64,000 nt of DNA, taken from Candidatus Multivoradales bacterium. GTDB lineage: Bacteria > Acidobacteriota > Thermoanaerobaculia > Multivoradales > Multivoraceae. The position numbers were made by a program, and so were the translations under genes. Location: NCBI GenBank assembly GCA_965223325.1, contig CBDCWI010000001.1, forward strand, positions 64,001-128,000. Direction: 5' to 3'. The stretch's first letter is position 1; each line of letters begins with the position of its first letter. Under the pieces are notes generated by a model that searched no databases, was not told the origin of the DNA, and worked only from the letters and a program-made list of their open reading frames with translations. Of this stretch, positions 19,699-29,044 are shown piece by piece.

Positions 19699-20397
19699 CT
19701 AAGAAAAGACCGAAAAGCGGGGCAAGCCCAGATGCGCGCGCAGAGTCTGATCGAACAGGCGAGAGCGGGCCTTTCCAAGCTCGTCGGATGACAGGCGTGT
19801 GGCCACTCGCTCGAGCGCCCTTTCGACGCTCGCCTCGATGGCGGCGCGCTCGGCGAGTTCGAGCCGCTTCTCGGCGTCACGCAGAATGTCCCTGCCGACC
19901 TGCTGTAACGCCTGTTCGACCTCCTCGGGCGACGGGAGTTGTTCGAGGGCGAGGATCTTGTCGTACCAGGTGGCGCGGTGCCAAAGTTCACTGGGCAGTA
20001 GGGAGGCAATCCTGGCGAGGGTGTTGGCCAAATCCATCCGGGGAACTGCAACCGGCGGGCGCGTATTGGCTGCACCCAATTCGCGCATTTCGGCCCAGGC
20101 CTTGCGAACCGCCCCATCGACGTATTGCAACGACGACACAGAAGCCGTCGCACCGCGCTCGGCGCGGCGCTCGAAGACGTCACGCAAGGTCGATTCGATC
20201 AGCTCGAGGTCGATTCCGTCGGCATGCCAGGCTTCTGCGACAACCCAATCTCGCGGCGACAGCAGCATGGGCTTGCCGCGGAGTGCCAGAAAACACTCCT
20301 CGATCCGTTGAAAGAACCACATCGACTCGTCTTCGGACGATCGTTTCTGCATGAAGGCGTTGGACTTCTTGGGCGTGTCGGTCTTGCGTTGGGTCAA
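19699..20397 (-). CDS. Hypothetical protein with a DnaD/DnaB_2-like N-terminal helical domain
   Basis: TTG start overlaps the birA stop. Pattern LLSPRDW...W...GIDLELI...SLQYVDGAVRKAW. Confidence 0.7.
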   Translation of the reverse strand: MTQRKTDTPKKSNAFMQKRSSEDESMWFFQRIEECFLALRGKPMLLSPRDWVVAEAWHADGIDLELIESTLRDVFERRAERGATASVSSLQYVDGAVRKAWAEMRELGAANTRPPVAVPRMDLANTLARIASLLPSELWHRATWYDKILALEQLPSPEEVEQALQQVGRDILRDAEKRLELAERAAIEASVERALERVATRLSSDELGKARSRLFDQTLRAHLGLPRFSVFS

Positions 20398-21242
20398 GGG
20401 CTCTTCCGGTCGTCGCTGCTGATCTCTGGCGGCGGAAACTCCAGCGATTCACCGGAACTGATCACACGATCGCGCCCGGCCTCGAGTAGGAGGAGGTGAC
20501 CCTCGTCGGTCACGCCTTGAAAGGTACCCTCGACCACTTCGTCTGGGAGTCGAATGCGCATGGGTTCTCCTGGTTCGTGGGTTACCAGCTGGCGATAGCG
20601 CGCCACGCCGCTGGGTCCGAGGTCATCGGTCGCCTCAAGCACCGCGGTGGCGAGGCTTTCAAGAAGACGAACCCGGGCCTGCGCTCCGCGGACAGATGTC
20701 GCACCCAGGAGCCTGAGCGAGATCGCCGAGGGTAGCGGAAGCTGAGTCGCCTGGTGGGCAACGTTAATGCCAAAACCGATCACGAGCCCGGTCTTGTCAG
20801 ATGCAGCCAGGGCCTCGATGAGGATTCCGCCGAGTTTTCGGCCGCGGCACATCAGGTCGTTGGGCCACTTGAGGCGCACGTCATCGTCGGGCGCGACCTT
20901 CGAGAGCTCGTCAGCCAACGCCACCGCTACCCGAACCGGCAAACCCGCAAGCCCCCGGCGTGCCAGGGACCGCGTCATAACAATCGATGCGTATATGCCC
21001 AGACCCGCATCGCTACACCAGCTGTTGCCCCTACGACCGCGTGCACCGGTCTGTTCGTGGGCAACCAGAAGAGACGGCTGCGCTGGTGCCTCGTCACGAA
21101 ACGCCTGTGCCAGGACGAATCGCCCCAGGTCGTTCGTCGAACCAATCGTTTCGAGCCCTACCAGGTTGAAGTCCATCGACGACTCGTAGAGCGCGTCGCA
21201 AAGCCCACTCCAGGGTGGCGCCCAGGCCTGGGGGTCATCCAT
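20394..21242 (-). CDS. birA: Biotin--protein ligase (no N-terminal HTH)
   Basis: STN, QTGARGRRGNSW, LKWPNDL, KLGGILIE and GFGINV. Confidence 0.93.
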   Translation of the reverse strand: MDDPQAWAPPWSGLCDALYESSMDFNLVGLETIGSTNDLGRFVLAQAFRDEAPAQPSLLVAHEQTGARGRRGNSWCSDAGLGIYASIVMTRSLARRGLAGLPVRVAVALADELSKVAPDDDVRLKWPNDLMCRGRKLGGILIEALAASDKTGLVIGFGINVAHQATQLPLPSAISLRLLGATSVRGAQARVRLLESLATAVLEATDDLGPSGVARYRQLVTHEPGEPMRIRLPDEVVEGTFQGVTDEGHLLLLEAGRDRVISSGESLEFPPPEISSDDRKSP

Positions 21243-21275
21243 ACATCCAGCTTACCGGCCCACCGTCCACTGCCA

Positions 21276-21292
21276 CCGCGGTACCTGGCACC
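21276..21292 (+). repeat. REP-like copy upstream of the RAYT-like gene
   Basis: CCGCGGTACCTGGCACC. Confidence 0.7.
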
Positions 21293-21423
21293 ACGGGAAA
21301 CCACCTCGCGGACACTCCGGTCCCCTTCGGTCCCTCCCTGGGCCAGCACGATCTTTGCCAGCAAGGGTTCGCCACCGATCTGCGTCTCCAAGTAGGAGAG
21401 AACAACGACACAAGGGGAGCACC

Positions 21424-22431
21424 TTGCCTAGACAACCTCGAATCGTTCACCCCGGCCACCTGGTCGAGGCCACTAGTCGTACCGTTCAGTCCCGATTCCT
21501 GCTTACCCCAAGCAGGGAGTTCAACGAGCTCGCGACGGGCTCGGTGATCCACGCCGCTGAACTGACCGGTATGCCAGTATGCGCAGTCGTCTTCATGTCC
21601 AACCACTTCCACGCCCTCACCCGGCCCGAGAACGAAGATCAGCTGGCCGACTTCTACGGCTGCTTGAAGAGCCGTATTGCGAGGCTTGTTCAGGTACGAA
21701 CCGGCTGGGAGGGCAGCGTGTTCGCGAGGCGCTACGACGACATCACGGTCACCCTGGAGCCGGAAGCCGAGCTCGAACGCCTGTACTACCTGCTAAGCCA
21801 CGGCGTGAAAGAAGGCCTGGTTCGCAAGGCTGGCGAGTGGCCGGGCATCAACACTGTCAAGGCTCTGTGCTCGGGATCGAACCTGTTAAAAGGCAAGATC
21901 GTCGATCGACGCGCGTTCTACGAGGCCATGCGGAAATGGAACAGATCCAAGGATAGACTCAAGAAAGACCGACCCAGCGTCTCCGACTTCACCATTCCCA
22001 AGTCGCTCGAGCTCGCGCCTCTCCCATCGCAGGATCACCTGACCCACGAACAGAGGTCGGCGCAAGCGCGGGCCATTCTCGATCGAATCCACGAACGCTG
22101 GGCTGAGACGCGCAAGGGGGTCAGCGCATCGTCCCGACGACGAATCCTCCTCCAGAGCCACCTGTCTTCCCCGAGCAAAGAAAGCGCTAAGAAGAGGAAG
22201 AGGAAAAAGAAGCCTCGGGTTCACGCCGCGAGTCGCTCGGCCCGCGTTCAGTTCTGCGAAAGCATGGACGCCCTTCTCTCGGCGTACCGTCGATCATCGG
22301 CGCTCTGGAGGAACGGGGATCTGGAAGGTGTGCGCCTTTGCCCGGCGGGGATGTTCCTCCCCGGATGGCGGTCACTAACGACGGAAAGGCGCGCCGCGGT
22401 CCTGCTTCAGGTGGCGGCCAATCCGGGCTAG
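21424..22431 (+). mobile_element. Y1 HUH transposase, REP-associated tyrosine transposase (RAYT)/IS200-like, with a long basic C-terminal extension
   Basis: TTG start after the RBS AAGGGGAG gives MPRQPR. HUH motif MSNHFH, GSVFARRY, and a putative catalytic Tyr in YYLLSHGVKEGLV...EWPG. It lies on the opposite strand to valS and birA and is flanked by repeat copies. Confidence 0.85.
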
Positions 22432-22695
22432 TTTTGGCACGGCCACCGACACCGACCTCGAGCACCAGTCCCCACAGAGCCAGCTTTGCCCTAAGGCTGG
22501 CTGGTTGCCAAGCCTCAGTGCTCGAACGACAGGATCCCCCGGTTCCCAGGGACCCGTGTGTCCAGGTGTCGTGCTCGCCGGCGGTTTCCGGTCGTACTTG
22601 GCACCTTCGCCCTAGCGGAGCCGCCGTAACCTGACCTGAACGTGGTCAAGGGGCTCCTGCCTTTGGCGACGCCGACTCGGAAGCCACCGGGAAAG

Positions 22696-22763
22696 CCGCG
22701 ATGCCTGGCACTATCGGTGGTGGTGGTGGTGGTGGCACGATCGGTGGTGGTGGTGGTGGTGGT
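22696..22763 (+). repeat. REP-like copy downstream of the RAYT-like gene, fused to a 27-bp duplication containing (GGT)n
   Basis: CCGCGATGCCTGGCAC at 22696-22711. TGGCAC(T/G)ATC(GGT)5GG at 22706-22732 and 22733-22759. Confidence 0.75.
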
Positions 22764-22769
22764 CGAGAG

Positions 22770-25415
22770 TTAGGTCGCTAGGTCGGCGGCGAGCCGGGAA
22801 CGTCGCTCTTCTAACTCGGCGAGGCGCGCGCGGTTGCCTTCGACCACCTTGGCCGGCGCTTGTTCGACGAACTTGGGGTTCGCCAAGCGCTTTCTCGCAC
22901 CCGCAATCTCGCCATCGATCTTCGCCAACTCCTTCTCGAGCCGCTCGCGATCGACTTGAGACTGTTCGGGAGCCTCGAACACGGCCGCTAGCTCGACGCC
23001 GGCCACCAGGTCGCGACTTGCGTCGGGCGGCGCCGTTCCCGAGTTGACACTGCGAGTTCGTGCCAGAAAGCCGACCAGGGTTCGATGGTCGAGGACAGCC
23101 TTTGTGGCCACGATGTCACCGCCTTCCAGGACCACATCGATAGGCACGGACGACTTGAGACCGCGTTCCTTGCGAAGAGTGCGGAGGTGGCTGATGACTC
23201 CGATGAGCGCCACGATCTCGGCCTCGGCCTCGGGATCGTGCCAGCGGTCGCCGTCGGTGGGCCATTGGGCGAGTGCCAGGGACTCCGGCGCGATGGACTC
23301 GATGCCGGGCAGGCGATGCCACACCTCCTCGGTCAAGTGCGGCATGACGGGATGCAACAACCGAAGGCTTCGATCGAGCACCAGCAGGAGCGTCTCGCCA
23401 ACCAGTGGTCGCGGCGACCCACCACCGAGGGCAGGCTTGGTCAGCTCGATGTACCAATCGCATAGCTCATGCCAGAAGAAGTGGTAGAGCCGGTTACACG
23501 CTTCATCGAATCGAAACGCCTCCAGCTGCTCGGTGACCTCGACTTCGGTACGCCCAAGTCGCGACAAGATCCAACGCTCGGGCGCCGCCAGCCCAGCGGC
23601 GTCGATCTCTTCGTGCACCGTTGCATCGATGCGAGACAGGGCAAAACGGGTCGCATTCCAGATCTTGTTGCCAAACGCCCTGTATCCCGCGACGCGTTCG
23701 GGGTCGAGCGGAATGTCGCGCCCCGGTACGTCGAGAATGGCAAGGGTAAAACGCACCGCGTCGGCGCCGTACTCGTCGATCAGGTCGCGCGGGTCGACAA
23801 CGTTGCCCTTCGTTTTCGACATCTTTTCGCCGTTCTCATCGCGCACCAGGCCCGTGAGATGCACCTTCGAGAACGGCACCTCGTCCTTGAAATGAAGGCT
23901 CATCATCACCATCCGCGCGACCCAGAAGAACAGAATGTCGAAACCGGTGACGAGAACGTCGGTCGGAAAGAAGGTGCGAAGATCATCGCTCTCCTCGGGC
24001 CATCCGAGGGTCGACATCGGCCACAGGCCAGACGAGAACCAGGTATCGAGAACATCTGGATCTTGTTCGAGGTCGGTGGTACCGGCTGCCGCTTCGGCCT
24101 CCCCCCGGCTCCGTGCCACGAAGCAGTTCCCGTCCCGGTCGTACCAGGCTGGAATTCGGTGACCCCACCACAGCTGCCTCGAAACCACCCACGGGCGGAT
24201 GTTCTCGAGCCAATGAGCCCAGGTCTTGTTCCAGCTGGCGGGAATGAGCTCGAGCTCGCCACTGTCGACGACCTCGAGCGACCGTTTCGCCATTTCAGAC
24301 ACATCGACAAACCATTGCATCGACACCATGGGCTCGACGGGTTCACCGCCCCGTTGGCTGTGGCCTACGGCGTGGCTGTGCCCCTCCACCTTCACCAGAA
24401 GATCGGCGGCCTCTAGCCGCTCGAGAACCTTGGTGCGCGCCTCGAAGCGGTCGAGACCTTCGAAGTCAGCGCCCGCCTCAGCGGTCATGCAACCATCGAA
24501 CCCGATGACTCGGATCCCCTCGAGGTCGTGACGGCCGGCCATCTCGAAGTCGTTCGGGTCATGCCACGGTGTGATCTTGACCAGGCCAGTTCCGAACTCC
24601 GGGTCGACGTAGGAGTCTTCAATGATCGGGATCAAGCGGCCCACGATGGGCAGCCGAACAGTCTTGCCGCGCAGGTGCTGATAGCGCTCGTCTTCAGGAT
24701 GCATCGCCACGGCCATGTCGCCAAGCATCGTTTCTGGACGCGTTGTTGCGACCACCAGGCGCTCATCACTGTCTTCGACCGGGTATGCGAGGTGATAGAG
24801 CTGCCCCTCCACCGTGCGCGCCTCGACCTCGAGGTCTGAAATCGCCGTCTGCAAAACCGGCGACCAATTGACCATGTATTCGCCGCGCGTCACCAACCCC
24901 TCTTCCCACAACCGCACAAACGCCTCACGCACCGCCTTCGACATGCCTTCATCAAGGGTGAAGCGTTCGCGCGACCAGTCGCAGCTGGCTCCCATGATCT
25001 CGAGCTGATCCCGAATGTTCGATTGGTACAGCTCTTTCCACTCCCACACGCGACGCTCGAATTCCTCGCGCCCCAGGGCCTGCCGACTCGTACCCTCGGT
25101 CGCCAACTGCCGCTCAACCATCAGCTGGGTCGCGATCCCGGCGTGATCCGTACCGGGGAGCCACAGCGCGTTGCGCCCCTGCATCCGCCGCCATCGAACC
25201 AGCAGGTCTTGCAGCGTGCTTTGAAGCGCATGACCCATGTGCAGTTTCCCGGTCACGTTGGGCGGCGGAATCATGATCGACCACGGTTCGCTTTCGCCGA
25301 CCCGTTCACCGCTCGTTGCCTCGAAGAGATCACGCTTGCGCCAGAACTCTTGCCATCGCGACTCGAAGGACGATGGGTCGAACTGTTTTTCCATCTCGAT
25401 CTTGCGGTCACTCAT
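22770..25415 (-). CDS. valS: Valine--tRNA ligase
   Basis: PPPNVTGKLHMGH (HIGH-type), DHAGIATQ, SRQLWWGHRIP, KMSKTKGN and a C-terminal coiled coil. Confidence 0.97.
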   Translation of the reverse strand: MSDRKIEMEKQFDPSSFESRWQEFWRKRDLFEATSGERVGESEPWSIMIPPPNVTGKLHMGHALQSTLQDLLVRWRRMQGRNALWLPGTDHAGIATQLMVERQLATEGTSRQALGREEFERRVWEWKELYQSNIRDQLEIMGASCDWSRERFTLDEGMSKAVREAFVRLWEEGLVTRGEYMVNWSPVLQTAISDLEVEARTVEGQLYHLAYPVEDSDERLVVATTRPETMLGDMAVAMHPEDERYQHLRGKTVRLPIVGRLIPIIEDSYVDPEFGTGLVKITPWHDPNDFEMAGRHDLEGIRVIGFDGCMTAEAGADFEGLDRFEARTKVLERLEAADLLVKVEGHSHAVGHSQRGGEPVEPMVSMQWFVDVSEMAKRSLEVVDSGELELIPASWNKTWAHWLENIRPWVVSRQLWWGHRIPAWYDRDGNCFVARSRGEAEAAAGTTDLEQDPDVLDTWFSSGLWPMSTLGWPEESDDLRTFFPTDVLVTGFDILFFWVARMVMMSLHFKDEVPFSKVHLTGLVRDENGEKMSKTKGNVVDPRDLIDEYGADAVRFTLAILDVPGRDIPLDPERVAGYRAFGNKIWNATRFALSRIDATVHEEIDAAGLAAPERWILSRLGRTEVEVTEQLEAFRFDEACNRLYHFFWHELCDWYIELTKPALGGGSPRPLVGETLLLVLDRSLRLLHPVMPHLTEEVWHRLPGIESIAPESLALAQWPTDGDRWHDPEAEAEIVALIGVISHLRTLRKERGLKSSVPIDVVLEGGDIVATKAVLDHRTLVGFLARTRSVNSGTAPPDASRDLVAGVELAAVFEAPEQSQVDRERLEKELAKIDGEIAGARKRLANPKFVEQAPAKVVEGNRARLAELEERRSRLAADLAT

Positions 25416-25564
25416 GCCTTCATCACTCCTGAACCTTCGACTCTCCACAGTTGCCGCCCCGATCGCCCTGGAAGGTCACGCTCAGGTCCTTCTACTCGTC
25501 CAACTGTCCGGTCCAGACCGGTGCAGGCCTGCGGCAGTGGCACGATCGTCAGCACAGGCCGACT

Positions 25565-26311
25565 TCAGTTGGCGGGCTCCCCCGAGTCTTCACGGACGAC
25601 GGGTTGCGGAATCTCGGCCTCTTCTTCCTCTACGAAACGCTCGAGTTCAGCCAGGCGTGCGCGGACGAGTACTTCCGCCACGTCGGGCACAACTTCCCAG
25701 GCAACATCCGCCACTGTGCGATCCGCCATGAGCTCGACAACCCGCCGCGCGATCCGGTCGATGTCAGCGTCCGAAAGGACGCCCTCTACTGCCCGCGCCA
25801 AGCCCCGTCGAGCGTCGGCCCCTTCCAGCGCGACCGCGAGCGGAGTCAGCAATGGTGCCACGCTTCCCCCACCACCCTCGGCTTCGACTTCGCCCAGAAA
25901 GCTCGCGCTCGGGGCTGCTTCCTCGGCGACGGCTCCTCGAGCCGACTCCTCAGGGGCCCCGATCAGATCACGCACCCGCTCCACAAGAGCTGCTGACTTG
26001 AACGGCTTCTCCAGGACTCCTTGTGCGCCGCAGGCATCGAACGCCTGGTCATCGAAGGCCTCATACGAACCCACCAGAAGCAGCACCGGCAGACCGGGGG
26101 TGATCGCCCGCGCCTGTCGGCAAAGCTCATAGCCATCAATCCCCGGCATATGGACGTCTGCCACCAGCGCCGCGGGCCTGAGCTCCGGTAGAGCCTCGAG
26201 AGCGTGGTCGCCCGAGTCCATCAGGCGCACGTCCCAACCGGTTTCTCTGAAGGCCAGTTCGGCCACGCGGCGGACGGCCGCACTGTCGTCTGCAAGGAGG
26301 ATCGTTGTCAT
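25565..26311 (-). CDS. RomR-like response regulator: receiver, linker, WEVVP helical domain, acidic tail
   Basis: ILLADDS...DVHMPGIDG...KPF receiver, C-terminal VAWEVVPDVAEVLVR, immediately upstream of valS. Confidence 0.8.
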   Translation of the reverse strand: MTTILLADDSAAVRRVAELAFRETGWDVRLMDSGDHALEALPELRPAALVADVHMPGIDGYELCRQARAITPGLPVLLLVGSYEAFDDQAFDACGAQGVLEKPFKSAALVERVRDLIGAPEESARGAVAEEAAPSASFLGEVEAEGGGGSVAPLLTPLAVALEGADARRGLARAVEGVLSDADIDRIARRVVELMADRTVADVAWEVVPDVAEVLVRARLAELERFVEEEEAEIPQPVVREDSGEPAN

Positions 26312-26377
26312 CAGGGCCCTGACGCTAGCGCCCACCCTGCCGGGCGTCAACGCTGGCGCCGGTGGTGCTGGGCCAGG

Positions 26378-27304
26378 TCAGTCCCGCCGCCGATCCAGAA
26401 ACCGACGCAGCCATCGCCTGGGCTCGCCAGTCTGATAGCTCTCTCCGAAGGCGCTGATACCTGCCTGGACGGCCGCCGGCGACGGTTCGTCTTCCCAGGT
26501 GGCACAGAGGGCCTTCTGCCTTCTCAGAGCGCCGGGCGCGGACTCGAGAAGACCCAGAATGCGCCTTTCGACCTCTTCGTCGAGCTCGCGGGCGGGGACC
26601 ACGTAGTCCACCACAGACCAGCTCAGTGCTTCCCGGCCGTCCAGAATGCGGCCGGTCAGCACCAGATCACGCGCCCTCCCCGTTCCTACCAGTGCTGGCA
26701 GGCGGGCCGCCTCGATCACCGAAGGCACCCCCACCTTGACCTCTGGCATACCAAACCGTGCGTCCTCGCTCGCCAGTCGCAGGTCACAGCACGCGGCAAC
26801 CTCGAGACCGGCCCCGTAGCAGTGGCTTTCGATCTTCGCGAGGACGACCGCCGGGAGCTGGCGAAGCGCCTCACAGAGGCGATGAAGCCGAGTGATGAAC
26901 GCCACCGCTCCCGGCGCGTCGAGTTCCGCCAGTTCGTAGAGATCAGCGCCACCAATCCAGCTGCGCTCGCTGCCTTCGAGCACCAGGGCCCTGGCAGCCT
27001 CGTCGCGGGCAACGTGCTCGAGCGCAAAGAGCAATCCGTCAACCGTGTGGCTGTCGAGCGCGTTGAGGCGTTCCTCCCGCCGAATCTGCAGGTAGTAGAC
27101 GTGGGCTGGGTCGCCGAGTGCGTCTGCCCTGGGCTCGCAACGCAGATCGATCTCATCGGGAGTCCCGGGTACGACGCCGCCTGCCGCGGTGCCAGGGACT
27201 GCGGAGGTGGGTGAGACGGGGGCTGCGGATGCTCCTCCGGCGGGGCGTTCCGAGGTGCCAGGGACTGCGGCAGGGCGCTCTGGGGGGTCGTCGGCGGGGG
27301 TCAT
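26378..27304 (-). CDS. Enoyl-CoA hydratase/isomerase with a repeat-derived N-terminal extension
   Basis: LNAL, GGADL, GAGLEVAACCDLRLAS and FGMPEVKVG. The ATG overlaps the ybjQ-family stop (ATGA 27301-27304). Confidence 0.92.
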   Translation of the reverse strand: MTPADDPPERPAAVPGTSERPAGGASAAPVSPTSAVPGTAAGGVVPGTPDEIDLRCEPRADALGDPAHVYYLQIRREERLNALDSHTVDGLLFALEHVARDEAARALVLEGSERSWIGGADLYELAELDAPGAVAFITRLHRLCEALRQLPAVVLAKIESHCYGAGLEVAACCDLRLASEDARFGMPEVKVGVPSVIEAARLPALVGTGRARDLVLTGRILDGREALSWSVVDYVVPARELDEEVERRILGLLESAPGALRRQKALCATWEDEPSPAAVQAGISAFGESYQTGEPRRWLRRFLDRRRD

Positions 27305-27633
27305 TGCCGCTCGCGTGGAGGCTCGAGCTCGACGGCGGTACCGTAGGCGAGGAGCTCGGCTGCCGTGCTCATCACCATCGAGGTGGTGAACGAGACCGCG
27401 ATGACCGCGTCGGCACCGAGCTCTCGCGCCTCTTGCACCATGCGGTCGAGCGCCTGTTCGCGCGCCTCCGCAAACAGCTTCGTGTACTCGGGGATCTCTC
27501 CGCCGACCAGACCGCGCAGGGCCGCCGAAATGTCTTTGCCGACGCCGCGGGTTCGAATGGCGTTGCCACGCACCAGTCCCAGGGTGCGACTGACCTGGCG
27601 ACCGTCGATGCTCGGGGTTGTGGTCACGATCAT
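27301..27633 (-). CDS. YbjQ/UPF0145 family protein
   Basis: MIVTTT...GLVRGN...GGEIPEYT...AREQALDRM...GADAV...YGTAV. Confidence 0.9.
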   Translation of the reverse strand: MIVTTTPSIDGRQVSRTLGLVRGNAIRTRGVGKDISAALRGLVGGEIPEYTKLFAEAREQALDRMVQEARELGADAVIAVSFTTSMVMSTAAELLAYGTAVELEPPRERQ

Positions 27634-27718
27634 GTGCTCTGGTCCCTCCTCGGAGTCATCGGGTCGGTTGTTGTTTGACGCGGTGGCCGTGCACTCTTTC
27701 GAGCGGGTCGATGAATTG

Positions 27719-28180
27719 CTACTTGCGCACGCCGCGATAACGGTCTCGACCGGCAACTCGCCAGCGATCCAGCACGACAGACACCAGGACCATCGCGCTG
27801 CCTGCCAGCACACCTGGACCGATAGCGAAGACGACCCAGTTCGACAGCTTCGCTTCGCCCTCTGACGGGTCCACTGTCATCCAACTACCCTTGAAAGCCA
27901 GGCCGGCGGCGACGACCGCACCAACCAGCAGCAGCAACAGGCCGAGGTCGCGCAAGACCCGGCTCACCGGCCCGCGCGGGCGCTCATCCCACTGGTCATC
28001 GGCGGGGAACTCGGTCGCCAGGCTGGCCTCACGCACCGAACGCAGTTCCGCCATCAGCTCACGTGCGGCTTCGTTCTCCTCGAGGTGCAGCCGGACCTTC
28101 TGCGCTTCGCCCTGGGTCAGGGCACCGTCAATGAAGCCAGATAGGAGCTTTTCGTCGAATTCTGCGTTGCCGTCAGTCAT
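27719..28180 (-). CDS. Membrane anti-sigma factor (zf-HC2-like N-terminus, two TMs)
   Basis: LLSGFIDGALT..E..V..HL, downstream of an ECF sigma gene, two hydrophobic segments. Confidence 0.8.
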   Translation of the reverse strand: MTDGNAEFDEKLLSGFIDGALTQGEAQKVRLHLEENEAARELMAELRSVREASLATEFPADDQWDERPRGPVSRVLRDLGLLLLLVGAVVAAGLAFKGSWMTVDPSEGEAKLSNWVVFAIGPGVLAGSAMVLVSVVLDRWRVAGRDRYRGVRK

Positions 28181-28209
28181 AGGACTTCCTCTGCGCCGAG
28201 CCTCGCGGC

Positions 28210-28887
28210 TCAGATCCGATCTTCTTCCCTGACCACCTGGGCCAGATCCACCCCGCCATCCAGGAGCACACCTCGCAGCCGTTTGCGGGCCGCATGCAGG
28301 CGAGACATCACCGTTCCCATGGGAATGTCGAGGGTCTCGGCAATCTCGCGGTAGGCGAGGTCTTGATAGTCACGCAGCACGAGGATCTCGCGGTGCTCGC
28401 GACTGACCTTCGCGAGCGCCGACCAGATCCGCCGCTTGAGTTCAGCGTTCTGTGCCAGATGATGAGGCCCGGGGCGGGTCGTTGGAACATCGATCGCATC
28501 TCCTTCGACCCCGCCGGTGTCCAGCGAATCGGCGCGGCGTACCTTGGCACGGCGGATGCGATCGATCGCGGCATTACGCACGATGCGCCGCAGCCATGGC
28601 AACACGGGACGTTTGGCGTCGAAGGTATCGACACTGGCGAGAAACTTCATCAATGCGTCCTGAGTCACATCGCGTGCGTCTTCCTGGTTACCCAACAGCT
28701 GAAAGGCGAGTCGAAAGGCGCTCGGGCCATACGTGCTGGCGAACTGATTCGCGGCATCACGGTCGCCGGCCTGGATTCGAGCAACCAATCGAGAGTCGGC
28801 CGATTCCGGGCGGCTGCTCTCGGCAGCGATCTCGATCGGCCGGCTCTTCTTGTCGCTCTCGTATCTCATTGCCATCGCGGTAGCCAT
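28210..28887 (-). CDS. ECF sigma-70 factor
   Basis: Region 2 DARDVTQD...WLRRIVRN and region 4 YREIAETLDIPMGTVMSRLHAARKRL. Start approximate. Confidence 0.93.
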   Translation of the reverse strand: MATAMAMRYESDKKSRPIEIAAESSRPESADSRLVARIQAGDRDAANQFASTYGPSAFRLAFQLLGNQEDARDVTQDALMKFLASVDTFDAKRPVLPWLRRIVRNAAIDRIRRAKVRRADSLDTGGVEGDAIDVPTTRPGPHHLAQNAELKRRIWSALAKVSREHREILVLRDYQDLAYREIAETLDIPMGTVMSRLHAARKRLRGVLLDGGVDLAQVVREEDRI

Positions 28888-29044
28888 ATCATCACCAAGT
28901 ACGCTTCCGGCCAACCCTTCATTCGAGAAACTCCCGCGCGGTGCTCGCGCCGAACCCACAGACCGTCCGACCTCGAGCCCAGAAAACCAGCGCCGACACG
29001 CCCCTGAGGCCCATCCAACCTCCAACACCCGCCGCTACAGACCC

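Noticed and set aside
23273-23288. Repeat insertion into valS (and into birA at 20960)
   Set aside because: The nucleotide match is good, but it falls in apparently normal-length protein sequence (ESLALAQWP). I count these as matches, not demonstrated insertions.
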